DNA of 63,982 nt, filler included, from an uncultured bacterium (GCA_964609495.1; 5 parts of 5 records of this genome joined end to end with filler, not necessarily neighbours in it), one strand, 5' to 3'. Positions 38,498 through 49,881 are shown, counted from the first letter of the whole stretch. Notes: generated from the sequence alone by a model not told the origin. Translations and numbers: made by a program.

Positions 38498-38584
38498 ATT
38501 ATATGTATTTAGTCATAAAAAGTCAAGGATAATCCTCACAAATCTATTTGCTCTCTTGACCATTATGTCAAAATCAGCTATAAT
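38498..38584. promoter_or_regulatory. Divergent promoter pair
   Basis: Minus: TTGACT(38526)-17-TATAAT. Plus: TTGACC(38556)-17-TATAAT(38579). Confidence 0.65.
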
Positions 38585-38636
38585 ATATTCAATAAGTAAC
38601 CGATTCGTTTTTAATAAATACCAGGAGGCAATACTT

Positions 38637-41635
38637 ATGAAGAGAAGTAAACTGTTTATCCTTATTGCTGTTATATGTTTAGCAGTAGCGATGGCTTTTC
38701 CTGTTAAAGCAGCCCAGGAATCTGAACCTAATGATAAGAAGGAAGAGGCTAATGAGTTGAAAGTAGGAGAGGAAGTATCAGGTTATTTCCATCCTGAAGG
38801 CGATTGGGATTGGTATAAGATAGTGATTACTGATTCGGGGAGGACGCTTATTCAGGTTGATCTTAGCGGGGTGTCTGGGGTTGNNNNNNNNNNNNNNNNN
38901 NNNNNNNNNNNNNNNNNNNNNNNNNNNNNNNNNNNNNNNNNNNNNNNNNNNNNNNNNNNNNNNNNNNNNNNNNNNNNNNNNNNTGGGAGTAGAGCAAGGG
39001 GATTATTATATCGCCGTATGGGGTGGTGGAGCTAATACCGATGTTCCCTATAAACTGATAGTCAAGAAGATCGGAGCTTGGGAGGAGGGGAGCGAGTTTG
39101 AGCCTAATGATAGGGAGGAAGAGGCTAATGAGTTGAAGATAGGAGATACGGTATCGGGTTACTTCTATCCTGAAGGCGATTGGGATTGGTATAGGATAGC
39201 GATCACTGATTCGGGGAGGACGCTTATTCAGGTTGATCTTAGCGGGGTGTCTGGGGTTGATTCTGAGTTAAAGGTATTGGATTCCGAGGGTAGGGACTAT
39301 AAGTTTATTGATGACAAGGAAGAAGGAGAGGGTGAATCGATTCTCAATTTGGGAGTAGAGCAAGGGGATTATTATATCGCCGTATGGGGTGGTGGAGCTA
39401 ATACCGATGTTCCCTATAGGCTGATAGTTAAGAAGATCGGAGCTTGGGAAGACACTATGGAGTTTGAACCAAATGATGAGGAAGAGCAAGCTAACGAGGT
39501 GATATTGGATAATGATATCACCGCTTATATAAATGAAAGCGATCGGGACTGGTATCGCTTCACCATACCTGAAGGTGGAAAGGATGTATTCGTCATCTAT
39601 GTCTCTGCGACTCAGCCATCAGAGGAAATTAATTTCAGACTTGACCTTCTTGATGCTGGTGGCGAGAGAATCAAGGAAATGGATATCGCCGGCAGAGGGG
39701 AACCAGAGACTCTAGTTCTGTTGATGATGCCTTCAGGTGATTACCTGCTCAGGGTTGATTGTGGAGGAGTTAAAGAGTGGAGCGAATATAAGTTGCATAT
39801 AGGCTCTATAATGGGGCTTCCCGCTACTAAGGGGGAGGTAAAGGCGGCTCTCAAGAAAGCCCTAGATTTTCTAGCTAAAACGCAGAATGAGGATGGCTCA
39901 TGGGAAGGAGAAAACTCCACCGCAAATACCGGTCTGGCACTTATGGCTCTTATTGGAGGAGAATGCGCAGAAACCGATTATTCAGCGCAGATCGAATCTG
40001 CCCTCAATTATCTAAAAGCTGGTTATCAACCATCCACCGAGTTTGAGGCAGGATCGGAGGAGACTCTTAAGGAGGGCGGTCTATTAGCTAGAGAGGATAT
40101 GATGTATGCCCATGCGATAGCCACTATTGCGCTAGCTGAAGCTTATGCTCACTTAGAGGATGAAGCTCTGAGACCTATCCTTCAAGATGCAGTGGATCTT
40201 ATCGTTCGTAGTCAGAATACGGAGCATAAACCCGAGGGATTAGGGGGTCCTATTAATAAGGATTCCGAACATTATGGTGGCTGGAGATATGAGCCCGATA
40301 GCACCGATAGTGACCTTTCTGTAACCGGCTGGCAGATAGTCGCTTTAACCGTTGCAAAAAGTGCTGGAATATCTATTCCCGATTGGGTTATGCCGGTCGC
40401 GGTTACTTATGTTAAGAGTTGTTACAATGAGGAGAAAGGGAGCTTTGGTTATCAAGGACCGGGAGAGGGAAACGCTCGCGCTGGAATGGGAGTGTTATCG
40501 CTTCAGCTAGCTGGACAACAAGATGATCCTATGGTTAAGGCAGGGATAGAATATATGTTCAAATATCCTCCGGTGTGGGAGGAGGAAGAGGAGGGAAGTT
40601 ATCCCTTCTACTATTGGTATTATGCCACCAGAGCGATGTATGAGGCTGGGGCAAAGACGTGGAATATTTGGAATAGCTGGTTATGTCGCTTCCTCATCGA
40701 ACATCAAAACGAGGATGGCTCGTGGGATCTGGCTGAGAGTGAGGAGAATCTTGGCTCCGCTTATGGCACATCTTTAGCTGCACTTATGCTGGAGCTTTGC
40801 TGTGGTACCGCTCCTATCTATCTACGGCAAGGGGGAACTCTCCTAGTGGAGCTTAGGGAGGAGGAAACAGGGGAGAAGATATCCAGAAATAATGTCGAGC
40901 TTATCTTGGATGCTTCCTCCAGTATGCTGACTAAGATAGGGGATAAGACTAAGCTCGAGATCGCTAAAGAAGTTCTCATCTTCGTCATACAGAAACTACC
41001 CCAGGATATAAATGTGGGACTGCGAGTCTATGGAAGCGATGCCACGAAGAGATGTGAGGATAGCATCCTCCTAGTTCCTGTCTCTCCTCTAAATCGAGAT
41101 GAGCTTATCAGCAAAATAAATTCTATCCAAGCCAAAGGATGGACACCGATAGCTTACTCCCTACAACAAGCTAAAGATGATCTTAGAGATTTAACGGGAG
41201 ATAAGTTAATAGCTCTGGTATCGGATGGGATGGAGACCTGCGAGGGAGATCCAACTGCGGTAGCCAAAAGTATGATCGAAGAGGGTATAGATGTGATCAT
41301 CCACGTGGTAGGTTTCGATATAGGGGATACAAGAACGCGAAGACAGTTGGAATCTATAGCTCAGGCAACAGGAGGAGACTACTACGATGCTAGAGGAGCG
41401 GAGGATTTGCAAAGGGCGCTACCTCAGACGCTGGAGATAGGGATAAGAGTGTATGACGAGAGTGGCGAGTTAGTGGCGTCAGGAAGAATAGACGAAGGAT
41501 TAGAGCTTTTGCCAGGGAAGTATAGAGTGGTGGTGAAGGTGAAGCCAGAGATAGAGATCAAGGAAGTGGAGATCAAGGAGGGAGAGAAGTTGATTATAAC
41601 CTTGATGCGCTCTGGGGAAGAGTGGAAGGTGAAGA
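38637..41635 (+). CDS. Secreted protein: PPC-like (EPND) repeats + prenyltransferase/squalene-cyclase-like barrel + VWA; one gene across the N gap, 3' end cut by the contig
   Basis: AGGAGG SD and signal peptide MKRSKLF...VKA. EPND repeats, QNEDGSW x2, GGWRY...SDLSVTGWQ, VWA MIDAS DASSSM/TP/SDG. Confidence 0.8.
38717..39450 (+). repeat. Near-identical intragenic tandem repeat, 366-bp period
   Basis: TGGGAGTAGAGCAAGGGG at 38984 and 39350. The N gap 38884-38983 lies inside the repeat. Confidence 0.88.
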
Positions 41636-41735
41636 NNNNNNNNNNNNNNNNNNNNNNNNNNNNNNNNNNNNNNNNNNNNTTAATTAATTAANNNNNNNNN
41701 NNNNNNNNNNNNNNNNNNNNNNNNNNNNNNNNNNN
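41636..41735. other. Artificial contig linker
   Basis: 100-nt N run containing TTAATTAATTAA. Confidence 0.97.
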
Positions 41736-41810
41736 GAGATGAAGGGGAAAATAGATATTCGTATCCGAGATGGATAAATTCTGAATAAAGGGAGTCGGTT
41801 CATAGCTACT

Positions 41811-43631
41811 ATGAGCAGTAATGATTTAATCCCGCCCGATAGAATCCGTAACTTCTCCATTATCGCCCATATCGATCATGGCAAATCTACCTTAGCTGAT
41901 CGTATCTTGGAGCTTACCCACGCCTTATCCTCTAGGGAGATGGTGGATCAGGTGCTAGATAATATGGAGCTGGAGAGGGAACGAGGGATAACTATCAAGG
42001 CTAAAGCGGTTCGTATCAGATACAAAGCCAGGAATGGCAAGGAATATATCCTTAATCTGATAGATACCCCTGGTCATGTGGATTTCTCTTACGAGGTTTC
42101 TCATAGCCTCAAAGCTTGTGAAGGAGTGCTTCTAGTTATAGATGCCTCCCAGGGAGTGGAGGCTCAGACGGTAGCTAATACCTATTTAGCCTTGGAAAGC
42201 GATCTGGAGATCATACCAGTCATAAATAAGATCGATCTCATAAACGCTAATATCCCTAAAGTCCAGGCTCAGATCGATAAATTTTTAGGATTAGGTTCAG
42301 ATGAAACTTTATTTATAAGCGCTAAAGAGGGAACAGGTATCGAGGATGTTTTAGAAGCAGTGATAAATAGGATTCCTCCCCCTACTGGATCGTCAGATCT
42401 CCCTCTTCGCGCCCTGATCTTCGACTCTCAATTCGATTCGTATAAGGGAATCGTGCTTCATATAAGGGTGATGGAGGGAAGGATACGCGAGGGGATGAAT
42501 ATCAAGATGATGGCTGGAGGGAAGACCTTCGAGGTGGTAGAGGTGGGGGTCTTCACTCCCACGATGGTGCCAGGAGAGGAGTTGAGAGCTGGTGAGGTCG
42601 GATATGTCGCCGCTAGCATCAAAAATGTCAAGGACTCCAGAGTAGGTGATACGATAACTGAGGCCGATCATCCTGCTGAGAAGCCGCTTCCTGGCTATAA
42701 GGAAGCTAAGCCAATGGTCTTCGCTGGTCTCTATCCCATAGAATCTACTGGTTATGAACCCTTGCGAGAGGCGATCGAGAAATTAAGCCTTAACGACACC
42801 TCCTTTGTCTATGAGGTGGAATCATCCTCAGCTTTAGGATTCGGCTTCCGATGTGGTTTTCTGGGACTACTACATATGGAGATCGTCCAAGAGAGGCTGG
42901 AGAGAGAGTATGGATTATCCTTGATCGTAACTACCCCCAGTGTGATATATAGGATAACTAAAACCTCAGGAGAAGTAATTGAGATAGACAATCCCGCCAA
43001 TTTCCCCGATGATCCAAGTGAGATTCAGAAGATAGAGGAGCCGTATATCCTAGCTAGTATTATGACCCCCAGCGAATACGTGGGAAATATCATGCAACTT
43101 GCTAAGGAAAAGCGGGGAATCTATAAGAGTATGGAGTATATAGATGAAAATACGGTTATATTATCTTATGAACTACCTTTAGGGGAGATAGTTTTGGATT
43201 TCTATGATAAGCTCAAATCTCGCTCCCGAGGATACGCCTCCTTCGATTATGAATATATCGGATATCGGCAGGGGAATCTCGTTAAGCTCGATATATTGGT
43301 CAAAGGAGAGCCAGTTGATGCCCTCTCCTGTATCATTCACAAAGATAAAGCTTATGAACGAGGAAGGCAGTTAGCAGAGAGATTGAAGAAACTTATCCCC
43401 AGACATATGTTCGAGATACCGATCCAAGCGACCATTGGGCAAAGGATAATAGCTAGGGAGACGATCAGAGCATATAGGAAGAACGTAACTGCTAAATGCT
43501 ACGGAGGAGATATCACCCGTAAGAGGAAGCTATTGGAGAAGCAGAAGGAGGGCAAGAAGCGGATGAAACAAGTGGGTATGGTGGAGATTCCACAGGAGGC
43601 CTTTCTAGCGGTATTGAAGGTGGAGGAGTAA
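41811..43631 (+). CDS. lepA: Translation elongation factor 4
   Basis: [56 protein letters not shown]. Confidence 0.98.
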   Translation: MSSNDLIPPDRIRNFSIIAHIDHGKSTLADRILELTHALSSREMVDQVLDNMELERERGITIKAKAVRIRYKARNGKEYILNLIDTPGHVDFSYEVSHSLKACEGVLLVIDASQGVEAQTVANTYLALESDLEIIPVINKIDLINANIPKVQAQIDKFLGLGSDETLFISAKEGTGIEDVLEAVINRIPPPTGSSDLPLRALIFDSQFDSYKGIVLHIRVMEGRIREGMNIKMMAGGKTFEVVEVGVFTPTMVPGEELRAGEVGYVAASIKNVKDSRVGDTITEADHPAEKPLPGYKEAKPMVFAGLYPIESTGYEPLREAIEKLSLNDTSFVYEVESSSALGFGFRCGFLGLLHMEIVQERLEREYGLSLIVTTPSVIYRITKTSGEVIEIDNPANFPDDPSEIQKIEEPYILASIMTPSEYVGNIMQLAKEKRGIYKSMEYIDENTVILSYELPLGEIVLDFYDKLKSRSRGYASFDYEYIGYRQGNLVKLDILVKGEPVDALSCIIHKDKAYERGRQLAERLKKLIPRHMFEIPIQATIGQRIIARETIRAYRKNVTAKCYGGDITRKRKLLEKQKEGKKRMKQVGMVEIPQEAFLAVLKVEE

Positions 43632-43652
43632 GAAAAATTCTCGAATATCCCC

Positions 43653-43681
43653 TTGACAAATTCCCAACTTTATGCTATAAT
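43653..43681 (+). promoter_or_regulatory. Perfect sigma70 promoter of the tRNA pair
   Basis: TTGACA-17 bp-TATAAT with extended -10 TG. Confidence 0.85.
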
Positions 43682-43744
43682 ATAGCTCGATCGGGAGACA
43701 TGATCTGCTTAGATTGAAGCCCATATACGAAGTATAGACTTAAT

Positions 43745-43818
43745 TGGGGAGTCGTCTAGCGGTAGGACAGCAGACTCTGGATCTGTCGGCGGAGGTTCGA
43801 TCCCTCCCTCCCCAGCCA
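43745..43818 (+). tRNA. tRNA-Gln(CTG)
   Basis: Acceptor TGGGGAG/CTCCCCA, anticodon loop CTCTGGA, GTTCGA T-loop, encoded CCA. Confidence 0.95.
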
Positions 43819-43835
43819 TATTGAATAAGATAAAT

Positions 43836-43911
43836 GGCGCTATCGTCTAGGGGCCTAGGACAGGTGGTTCTCAGCCATCAGACCGGGGTTCGACTCCCCG
43901 TAGCGCTACCA
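43836..43911 (+). tRNA. tRNA-Glu(CTC)
   Basis: Acceptor GGCGCTA/TAGCGCT, anticodon loop TTCTCAG, GTTCGA T-loop, encoded CCA. Confidence 0.95.
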
Positions 43912-43987
43912 TTGAATATGATGTGAGGGGATGAGAGATGGGGTAATCTCTTATCCCCTTTCTGTTAGTGCTGGAAGGAGGATACCG

Positions 43988-46708
43988 ATGGCTGAAGATA
44001 AAGAGAAGTTAGTTTTAATAGATGGCCATGCTATGGCCTATCAAGCCTTTTTTGCCCTCCCCCAAGATATAAGCACCTCCCAAGGACAGATGACTAACGC
44101 GGTATATGGATTTACTCGGATGTTGCTCAAGATCCTGAAGGAGGAGAAGCCCGATTATATTGCGGTAGCCTTCGATAAAGGGGGTCGTCCTACCTTTCGG
44201 CACGATAAATTCGCTGATTATAAAGCACATAGAGATAGGATGCCCGCTGAGATGAGGGATCAGTTGCCACTGATTCAAGATATACTCTCCGCACTCAAGA
44301 TCCCTATCTATGAGATGGAAGAGTATGAAGCGGATGATATATTGGGAACTCTCGCTAAGCAGGCCGAGAAAAAGGGGATTGAAACCATAATCGCCACTCC
44401 CGATAAGGACGCTCTTCAGCTCGTTTCTCCTCTGATTAAGGTTCTTACTAATCGAAGGAGGATCGGAGAGACCTTCACCTATGATGAGAAGGCGATCGAG
44501 GAACGTTACGGGATCAAGCCTAAGCAGATGGTTGACCTTATCAGTTTAACTGGCGATACTTCGGATAACATCCCCGGGGTCCCAGGAATCGGAGATAAGA
44601 CCGCGGGTTCTCTTCTCCAAAAGTTTGGAGATTTGGAGAATCTCCTCTCTAATATAAATCTAGTTCCAGGAGCTAAGAGACGACAGAACTTACGCGAATA
44701 TTCCGATCGAGCTATTGAAAATAGAGAGCTGGTGACCTTACTCATCGATCTGCCCCTCGAATTAGCTCTCGACAAATGTCGTTTAACACCCTTTGATAAG
44801 GAGGAGGTCATAAGTCTATTCTCAAGATTGGAGTTTGCAAGCCTCTTGGATATTTTATCTATAGATGCTGGGGAAAAAGGGAATTATATATCTATAACTT
44901 CTGAAGAGGATTTCCAGCGGCTGAAGGAGAAACTCGAATCCTCTTCAGGCTTCACAGTCGATACGGAGGCGACCTCCTCCGATCCGATGCAGGCTGAGTT
45001 AGTGGGGATATCCTGCGCAGTCAAACCTGGCGAGGCGAACTATATACCTCTTGGACATAGATACTTAGGAGCTCCGAAACAGTTGGATATGGATTTCGTC
45101 CTAAGTGAATTGAAGCCCATACTAGAGGATGAGAATAAGCCTAAGTGGGGTCAGAATATCAAATATGATCTGATATTATTAAAGCGTTATGGCTTAGAAG
45201 CAAAGGGGATAGAATTCGACACTATGATCGCCTCCTACCTGCTCAATCCCTCTAAAACTAGACATAACTTGGAGAATATAGCTTTAGAATATCTGGAGTA
45301 TAATAAGCTGACTTATAAGGAGGTAGTAGGCAAGGGAGCTAAAGCTTTTAGCTTCGATATGATCGATGTTAAGAGGGCAACCGAATACTCTGGTGAGGAT
45401 GCCGATATTACTCTCCGCCTCAAATCTATTCTTGAAGAGAGGTTAAGGAGAGCAGAATTATTTGGATTATTTCAAGATGTTGAGATCCCCCTGATACCGA
45501 TATTAGTAGCTATGGAGATGTGGGGGGTTAAGATAGATGTAGAATATCTCCATAAGATGTCCTCCGAGCTGAAAAGGGAAATGCAAGGGTTGGAGAAGGA
45601 GATATATGAGTTGGCTGGCGGGGAGTTCAACATCAATTCCCCTAAGCAGTTGAGCGATATTATCTTCGAAAAGTTGAAGTTGCCCAAACAAAGAAGGACT
45701 AAGACTGGCTATTCAACTGGTTCTGATGTTCTGGAATCGCTGATAGCTCAGGGAATCGATGATCCAAAGCTTGCCGATAGGATCGTGATCCTCCCTAAGA
45801 TATTAGAGATGCGTCAATTGACGAAATTAAAGAACACCTATATCGATGCTCTGCCAAAATTGATCAATCCTAAAACGGGGAGAATACATACCTCGTTCAA
45901 CCAGACCGTGACCTCCACGGGACGATTATCATCAAGCGATCCCAATTTACAGAATATCCCGATCAGGAGCGAACTAGGGCAGGAGATAAGACGGGCTTTC
46001 ATCCCTGCCGAGGGATGTAAATTGATGTCCGCCGATTACTCTCAGATAGAGCTACGTATCCTGGCTCATATCTCTGGTGATGCTAGTCTTATCTCCGCCT
46101 TCCACAGAGGGGAGGATATCCATACTCACACCGCGATGGAGATCTTTGGGGTCTCTCCCGAAGAGGTAAACCCGCTTATGAGACGAATGGCTAAGATCGT
46201 AAACTTCGGGGTGATCTACGGGATGAGTCCCTATGGCCTAGCGAAGAGGCTTATGATCGGGGTCGCCCAAGCCTCCAAATATATAGAGAATTACTTTGCC
46301 AGATATGGCGGAGTTAGAGATTACATAGAGACCATAAAAGAGGAAGCAAGACAGAAGGGATATGTCACCACACTTCTTAACAGACGACGCTATATTCCTG
46401 ATATAAAGAGTAAAAGTGTTAATATCCGTCTCTTCGCGGAGAGAACTGCGATCAACACCCCGATTCAGGGTAGTGCCGCCGATATGATCAAGCTGGCTAT
46501 GATCAGGATATTCGAGCGGCTGAAGGAGGAGAATTTAGAGACTAAGATGATCCTGCAAGTTCATGATGAGCTGATATTCGAGGTGCCAGAGAAGGAGCTG
46601 GAGAAGTTAGAAGCTCTAGTTAAAAGCGAGATGGAGTCTGCGATGACGCTCAACATCCCTATAAAAGTTGATATTAATATAGGGGATAATTGGCTAGATG
46701 CTAAATAG
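43988..46708 (+). CDS. polA: DNA polymerase I
   Basis: 5'-3' exo (YEADD, GDTSDNIPG), 3'-5' exo (DTE), polymerase motifs ADYSQIELR and QVHDEL. Start 43988 after an AAGGAGG SD. Confidence 0.98.
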   Translation: MAEDKEKLVLIDGHAMAYQAFFALPQDISTSQGQMTNAVYGFTRMLLKILKEEKPDYIAVAFDKGGRPTFRHDKFADYKAHRDRMPAEMRDQLPLIQDILSALKIPIYEMEEYEADDILGTLAKQAEKKGIETIIATPDKDALQLVSPLIKVLTNRRRIGETFTYDEKAIEERYGIKPKQMVDLISLTGDTSDNIPGVPGIGDKTAGSLLQKFGDLENLLSNINLVPGAKRRQNLREYSDRAIENRELVTLLIDLPLELALDKCRLTPFDKEEVISLFSRLEFASLLDILSIDAGEKGNYISITSEEDFQRLKEKLESSSGFTVDTEATSSDPMQAELVGISCAVKPGEANYIPLGHRYLGAPKQLDMDFVLSELKPILEDENKPKWGQNIKYDLILLKRYGLEAKGIEFDTMIASYLLNPSKTRHNLENIALEYLEYNKLTYKEVVGKGAKAFSFDMIDVKRATEYSGEDADITLRLKSILEERLRRAELFGLFQDVEIPLIPILVAMEMWGVKIDVEYLHKMSSELKREMQGLEKEIYELAGGEFNINSPKQLSDIIFEKLKLPKQRRTKTGYSTGSDVLESLIAQGIDDPKLADRIVILPKILEMRQLTKLKNTYIDALPKLINPKTGRIHTSFNQTVTSTGRLSSSDPNLQNIPIRSELGQEIRRAFIPAEGCKLMSADYSQIELRILAHISGDASLISAFHRGEDIHTHTAMEIFGVSPEEVNPLMRRMAKIVNFGVIYGMSPYGLAKRLMIGVAQASKYIENYFARYGGVRDYIETIKEEARQKGYVTTLLNRRRYIPDIKSKSVNIRLFAERTAINTPIQGSAADMIKLAMIRIFERLKEENLETKMILQVHDELIFEVPEKELEKLEALVKSEMESAMTLNIPIKVDINIGDNWLDAK

Positions 46709-46729
46709 AGAATTAGGTGATTCTCGTTC

Positions 46730-46915
46730 TTCGCTAGTGAGTTCGAGATAATTTTCCCCCTCACCCTTAAAAGGTAACTTTTGCTTCAAATAGGACTCAA
46801 GGTTAAAAAGTTACCTTTTATCCCTCTCCCACGAGGGGAGAGGGGATTCTTGAGACCTGCGATTCCTTTTATTTCCCCCTCCCTCGATGGGAGGGGTTAG
46901 GGGAGGGTGATTTAA
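46730..46915. repeat. REP-like cassette carrying a nested insertion
   Basis: Same core as the 12499 and 63787 copies, but interrupted at CACCCT^ATCCC. Confidence 0.88.
46768..46820. mobile_element. 53-bp mini-insertion with perfect 15-bp inverted ends
   Basis: TAAAAGGTAACTTTT...AAAAGTTACCTTTTA, absent from all other cassette copies. Confidence 0.7.
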
Positions 46916-46943
46916 ACAACAATTCTCCCTGAAACTACTTAAA

Positions 46944-47441
46944 TCACAAGACCACCTCTTCAGTTAATAATACTTTGCCATCAGGAGTAGCAAATACGAT
47001 TATCGAGTCTCCTGTTAAATCTCCCTTCTCAACTACGACCATCTGATAAAAGCTGGTGAACGCTTGGCTGACCATAGCATCCTTCGAAGGAGAACCCACC
47101 TTTACCGTTATCCACAAGCCATTTTGCTCTCGTTTAACATCCTGAATCTCAATGCTATATCCACCAGTTGGTTTTCTACCTCTAAGAGCCAATATAACAA
47201 ATTGAGTGTTGAAATCGACAGCGCTAAGATCTTTACTAACGGACATCGTCCCGACTGTTCCAGCAAAATCTGCTTGATCAGTTATGATCTTGAAGGCTAA
47301 ATCTCCCATATATCCTGATTGGGCGCCTTTATCCATAACCTTAAATTCCTTAGGGATCTTTTCCTCGGGAACTTGTTTAGGAGGACAACCGCTGAAGATC
47401 AAAGCCCCGGCTATTAAAATCAATAGGATACTCACCTTCAT
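46944..47441 (-). CDS. PrcB C-terminal domain lipoprotein
   Basis: Lipobox IFSGC, VDF...VI....G.KPTGGYSI.I, V.QAFT..Y. Confidence 0.85.
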   Translation of the reverse strand: MKVSILLILIAGALIFSGCPPKQVPEEKIPKEFKVMDKGAQSGYMGDLAFKIITDQADFAGTVGTMSVSKDLSAVDFNTQFVILALRGRKPTGGYSIEIQDVKREQNGLWITVKVGSPSKDAMVSQAFTSFYQMVVVEKGDLTGDSIIVFATPDGKVLLTEEVVL

Positions 47442-47475
47442 TTGATCACTCCTTCCTTAATATAAAATTAGGATA

Positions 47476-47498
47476 GGTGGGTGAAAAAAACACCCACC
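47476..47498 (-). terminator. Hairpin between the protease and PrcB genes
   Basis: GGTGGGTG/CACCCACC stem, no clear U tract. Confidence 0.35.
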
Positions 47499-47508
47499 CT
47501 CTTAAACT

Positions 47509-48903
47509 CTAGGCAAGCAATGCCTTAAACAGGCTCTTGAGCCCCAGAGCTAGCATACCCGCGTAAGCGAAGAACATTTCCCACGAGCTTGAGCAGGTGC
47601 CTCCATTGCCGCCGTTAGAAGGCGGTGGCTTGGCTTCTTTTACCGCTTCATAGGCATTCAACAAGCCAGCTCCGAACTGGTATATATCGCCGAGATCAGT
47701 AGCTGTATTACGCAGGATATTCCTCACCTGGGTAAAGTTCAAGCTGCTATCAAGGCTGAGCATCAGAGCTGCAACTCCAGCCACATGCGGAGTAGCCATC
47801 GAAGTTCCCTGATAGTCAAAAGAATAGAGATATGACCCAGTCAGGGGGATCGTGCTACAGACACCATCCGCATAGCCATCATGGTTATCATCTCTGCTGG
47901 TATCTCCTCCGGGAGCCACTAGATCTAGACCAGTTCCATAGTTAGAATAAGAGGCTCGGACGTTCCCTCGAGCGTCAACTGCCCCTACGGCGATAGTCTT
48001 AGAATCGGAGGCTGGATACAAGAGAGACGAAGTTCCATTGTTACCAGCCGCGGCGAATATAATGGAGTTTTTATCGTAAGCGTAGGCGACCGCGTCTTTC
48101 ACAGTATCACTATATCCTCCCCCAACGCTGAAGTTTATGATACGTGCTCCAGCATCAGCCGCCGCTTTCAGACCCTTAGCGATGTTAGCAGCACTACCAG
48201 AGCCGACACTATTCAAGACTTTATATACCATAAGCCTGGCATTCCAGCAGGTTCCAGCTACCCCTTTCGCGTTATTAGTCACCGCCGCAACAGTGCCAGC
48301 CACATGAGTGCCATGTCCAAAATCATCGTTGGGAGTCGAATCATTGTTGACATAGTCATATCCTACGAGCTTTCCGCCTGACATCAAGAAATTGCCCGTT
48401 AGGTCCTCATGGGTCATATATATCCCCGAGTCCACAATCGCCACCTTAACGCTGGTGCTTCCAGTCGTTATATCCCAGGCTTGAGGCAGATTGATCATAG
48501 GGTAATGCCACTGGTAGGTGGAGTAGTAAGGATCGTTAGGGACTTTTTGAGCGTAGTAATAGTAGTTAGGCTCAGCGTATTCCACATCGGGACGAGCTAG
48601 ATATCGCTGGACAACTTCCTCTACAGTGCTTCCATCCACTATCTCCAGCTCGTAGATCTCCAGATCGGGGATCTTATCGAGCATCTTCGTTCCCATCGCT
48701 TGAATAGTCTGAGCTATAGCCGCTTCGCTGGCGATCTTGAACTTGACCAATACCTCATCAGGAACGTAATCGAAGAACGTCGGAGCCTGTCCTATCTTGA
48801 AAGTAGGAGTGGTTTCGATCTCACCCTCATCAAAAGCGAACGCAGTTTGAAAGAGCAGGAGACAGGACACCAACATTGCTAAAGCTATTATACTTTTTCT
48901 CAC
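47509..48903 (-). CDS. Secreted S8 subtilisin-like serine protease with prodomain and C-terminal anchor
   Basis: VAIVDSG, HGTHVAG, GTSMATPHV triad. YAEPN prodomain end. GGNGGTC plus hydrophobic tail. Confidence 0.93.
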   Translation of the reverse strand: MRKSIIALAMLVSCLLLFQTAFAFDEGEIETTPTFKIGQAPTFFDYVPDEVLVKFKIASEAAIAQTIQAMGTKMLDKIPDLEIYELEIVDGSTVEEVVQRYLARPDVEYAEPNYYYYAQKVPNDPYYSTYQWHYPMINLPQAWDITTGSTSVKVAIVDSGIYMTHEDLTGNFLMSGGKLVGYDYVNNDSTPNDDFGHGTHVAGTVAAVTNNAKGVAGTCWNARLMVYKVLNSVGSGSAANIAKGLKAAADAGARIINFSVGGGYSDTVKDAVAYAYDKNSIIFAAAGNNGTSSLLYPASDSKTIAVGAVDARGNVRASYSNYGTGLDLVAPGGDTSRDDNHDGYADGVCSTIPLTGSYLYSFDYQGTSMATPHVAGVAALMLSLDSSLNFTQVRNILRNTATDLGDIYQFGAGLLNAYEAVKEAKPPPSNGGNGGTCSSSWEMFFAYAGMLALGLKSLFKALLA

Positions 48904-48958
48904 TTGAAATTCCTCCTTTTGCTTAGTTATTCTTCTTGATTAAACTTCAAAGTTCGAC

Positions 48959-49867
48959 TTATCTATCACCTCCCCTCCTTACAGGGTTTGTTAATATCCC
49001 TAATCCCTCCACCTCCGCTTCCGTCACATCGCCAGATTTTATAGCCCCTATTCCTGAGGGGGTGCCGGTGGCTATTACATCCCCCGGCTCCAAAGTTATA
49101 CATTGAGAGATATATTCGATGAGATCGGCTATCGGAAAGATCATATATTTAGTATTAGAATGTTGTTTGACCTCCCCATTAACCCTTAGCTCAAGTTCCA
49201 AGTTCTGAGGATCTTCGACTTGATCCTTGAGGGTAAGATATGATCCCATAGGACCAAAGGTATCAAAGCTCTTTGATCTAGCCCAGGGGCGACCTGCTTT
49301 AATATCGCGAGATTGAATATCTCTAGCGGTTATATCTTTGAAGATCGTCCAGCCAACTATAAAATCATAAGCTTGCTCCTTTTTGGCTTTAGTGCATTTC
49401 TTCCCGATCACTACCGCTAATTCCACTTCATAATCAACTCGCTTCGCTATATCTGGATAGAGTAATATCTCGTCCCCAGGACCGATAACTGAGGAAGAGG
49501 CCTTTAGGAAGATTATCGGCTCTTCAGGGATTTCTGCCCCAGTCTCCCTAGCATGCTCGGCGTAATTCCTACCTAAACATATAAGTTTAGGAGGGCGCCT
49601 GATTGGAGCATTTAATTTAACCTCTCCTAGTTTATATAACTTGCCCTCTCTTTTAGATTTTTCGACAAATTCGCTCTTCCCTATTTCATTCTCAAATCCC
49701 CTGACTATCTCCTTTACTTCCGCGATCGCTTTCTCTCCTAAATTTATCAGATCGATTAGTCCTCTCAGATTATGAGATGAGGCTCTCTCCACCTTAACTA
49801 CAAATTCGTCTTTTACCACTGCTCCTACATAATTTTCCCCTTCTACCTCGAAGTTGACTAATCTCAC
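48959..49867 (-). CDS. Fumarylacetoacetate hydrolase family protein
   Basis: GRNYAEHA.E, VDYEVEL, KSFDTFGP, LEPGDVIATGTP. Confidence 0.92.
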   Translation of the reverse strand: MRLVNFEVEGENYVGAVVKDEFVVKVERASSHNLRGLIDLINLGEKAIAEVKEIVRGFENEIGKSEFVEKSKREGKLYKLGEVKLNAPIRRPPKLICLGRNYAEHARETGAEIPEEPIIFLKASSSVIGPGDEILLYPDIAKRVDYEVELAVVIGKKCTKAKKEQAYDFIVGWTIFKDITARDIQSRDIKAGRPWARSKSFDTFGPMGSYLTLKDQVEDPQNLELELRVNGEVKQHSNTKYMIFPIADLIEYISQCITLEPGDVIATGTPSGIGAIKSGDVTEAEVEGLGILTNPVRRGGDR

Positions 49868-49881
49868 TTGGAAACCCCCTT

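Noticed and set aside
38884-38983. Apparent programmed frameshift between ORFs 38469 and 38857
   Set aside because: 100 Ns replace 90 bp of a tandem repeat, so this is a gap-length artefact
43745-43911. tRNA 3' ends as integration (att) sites
   Set aside because: No integrase and no duplicated tRNA end seen in the window
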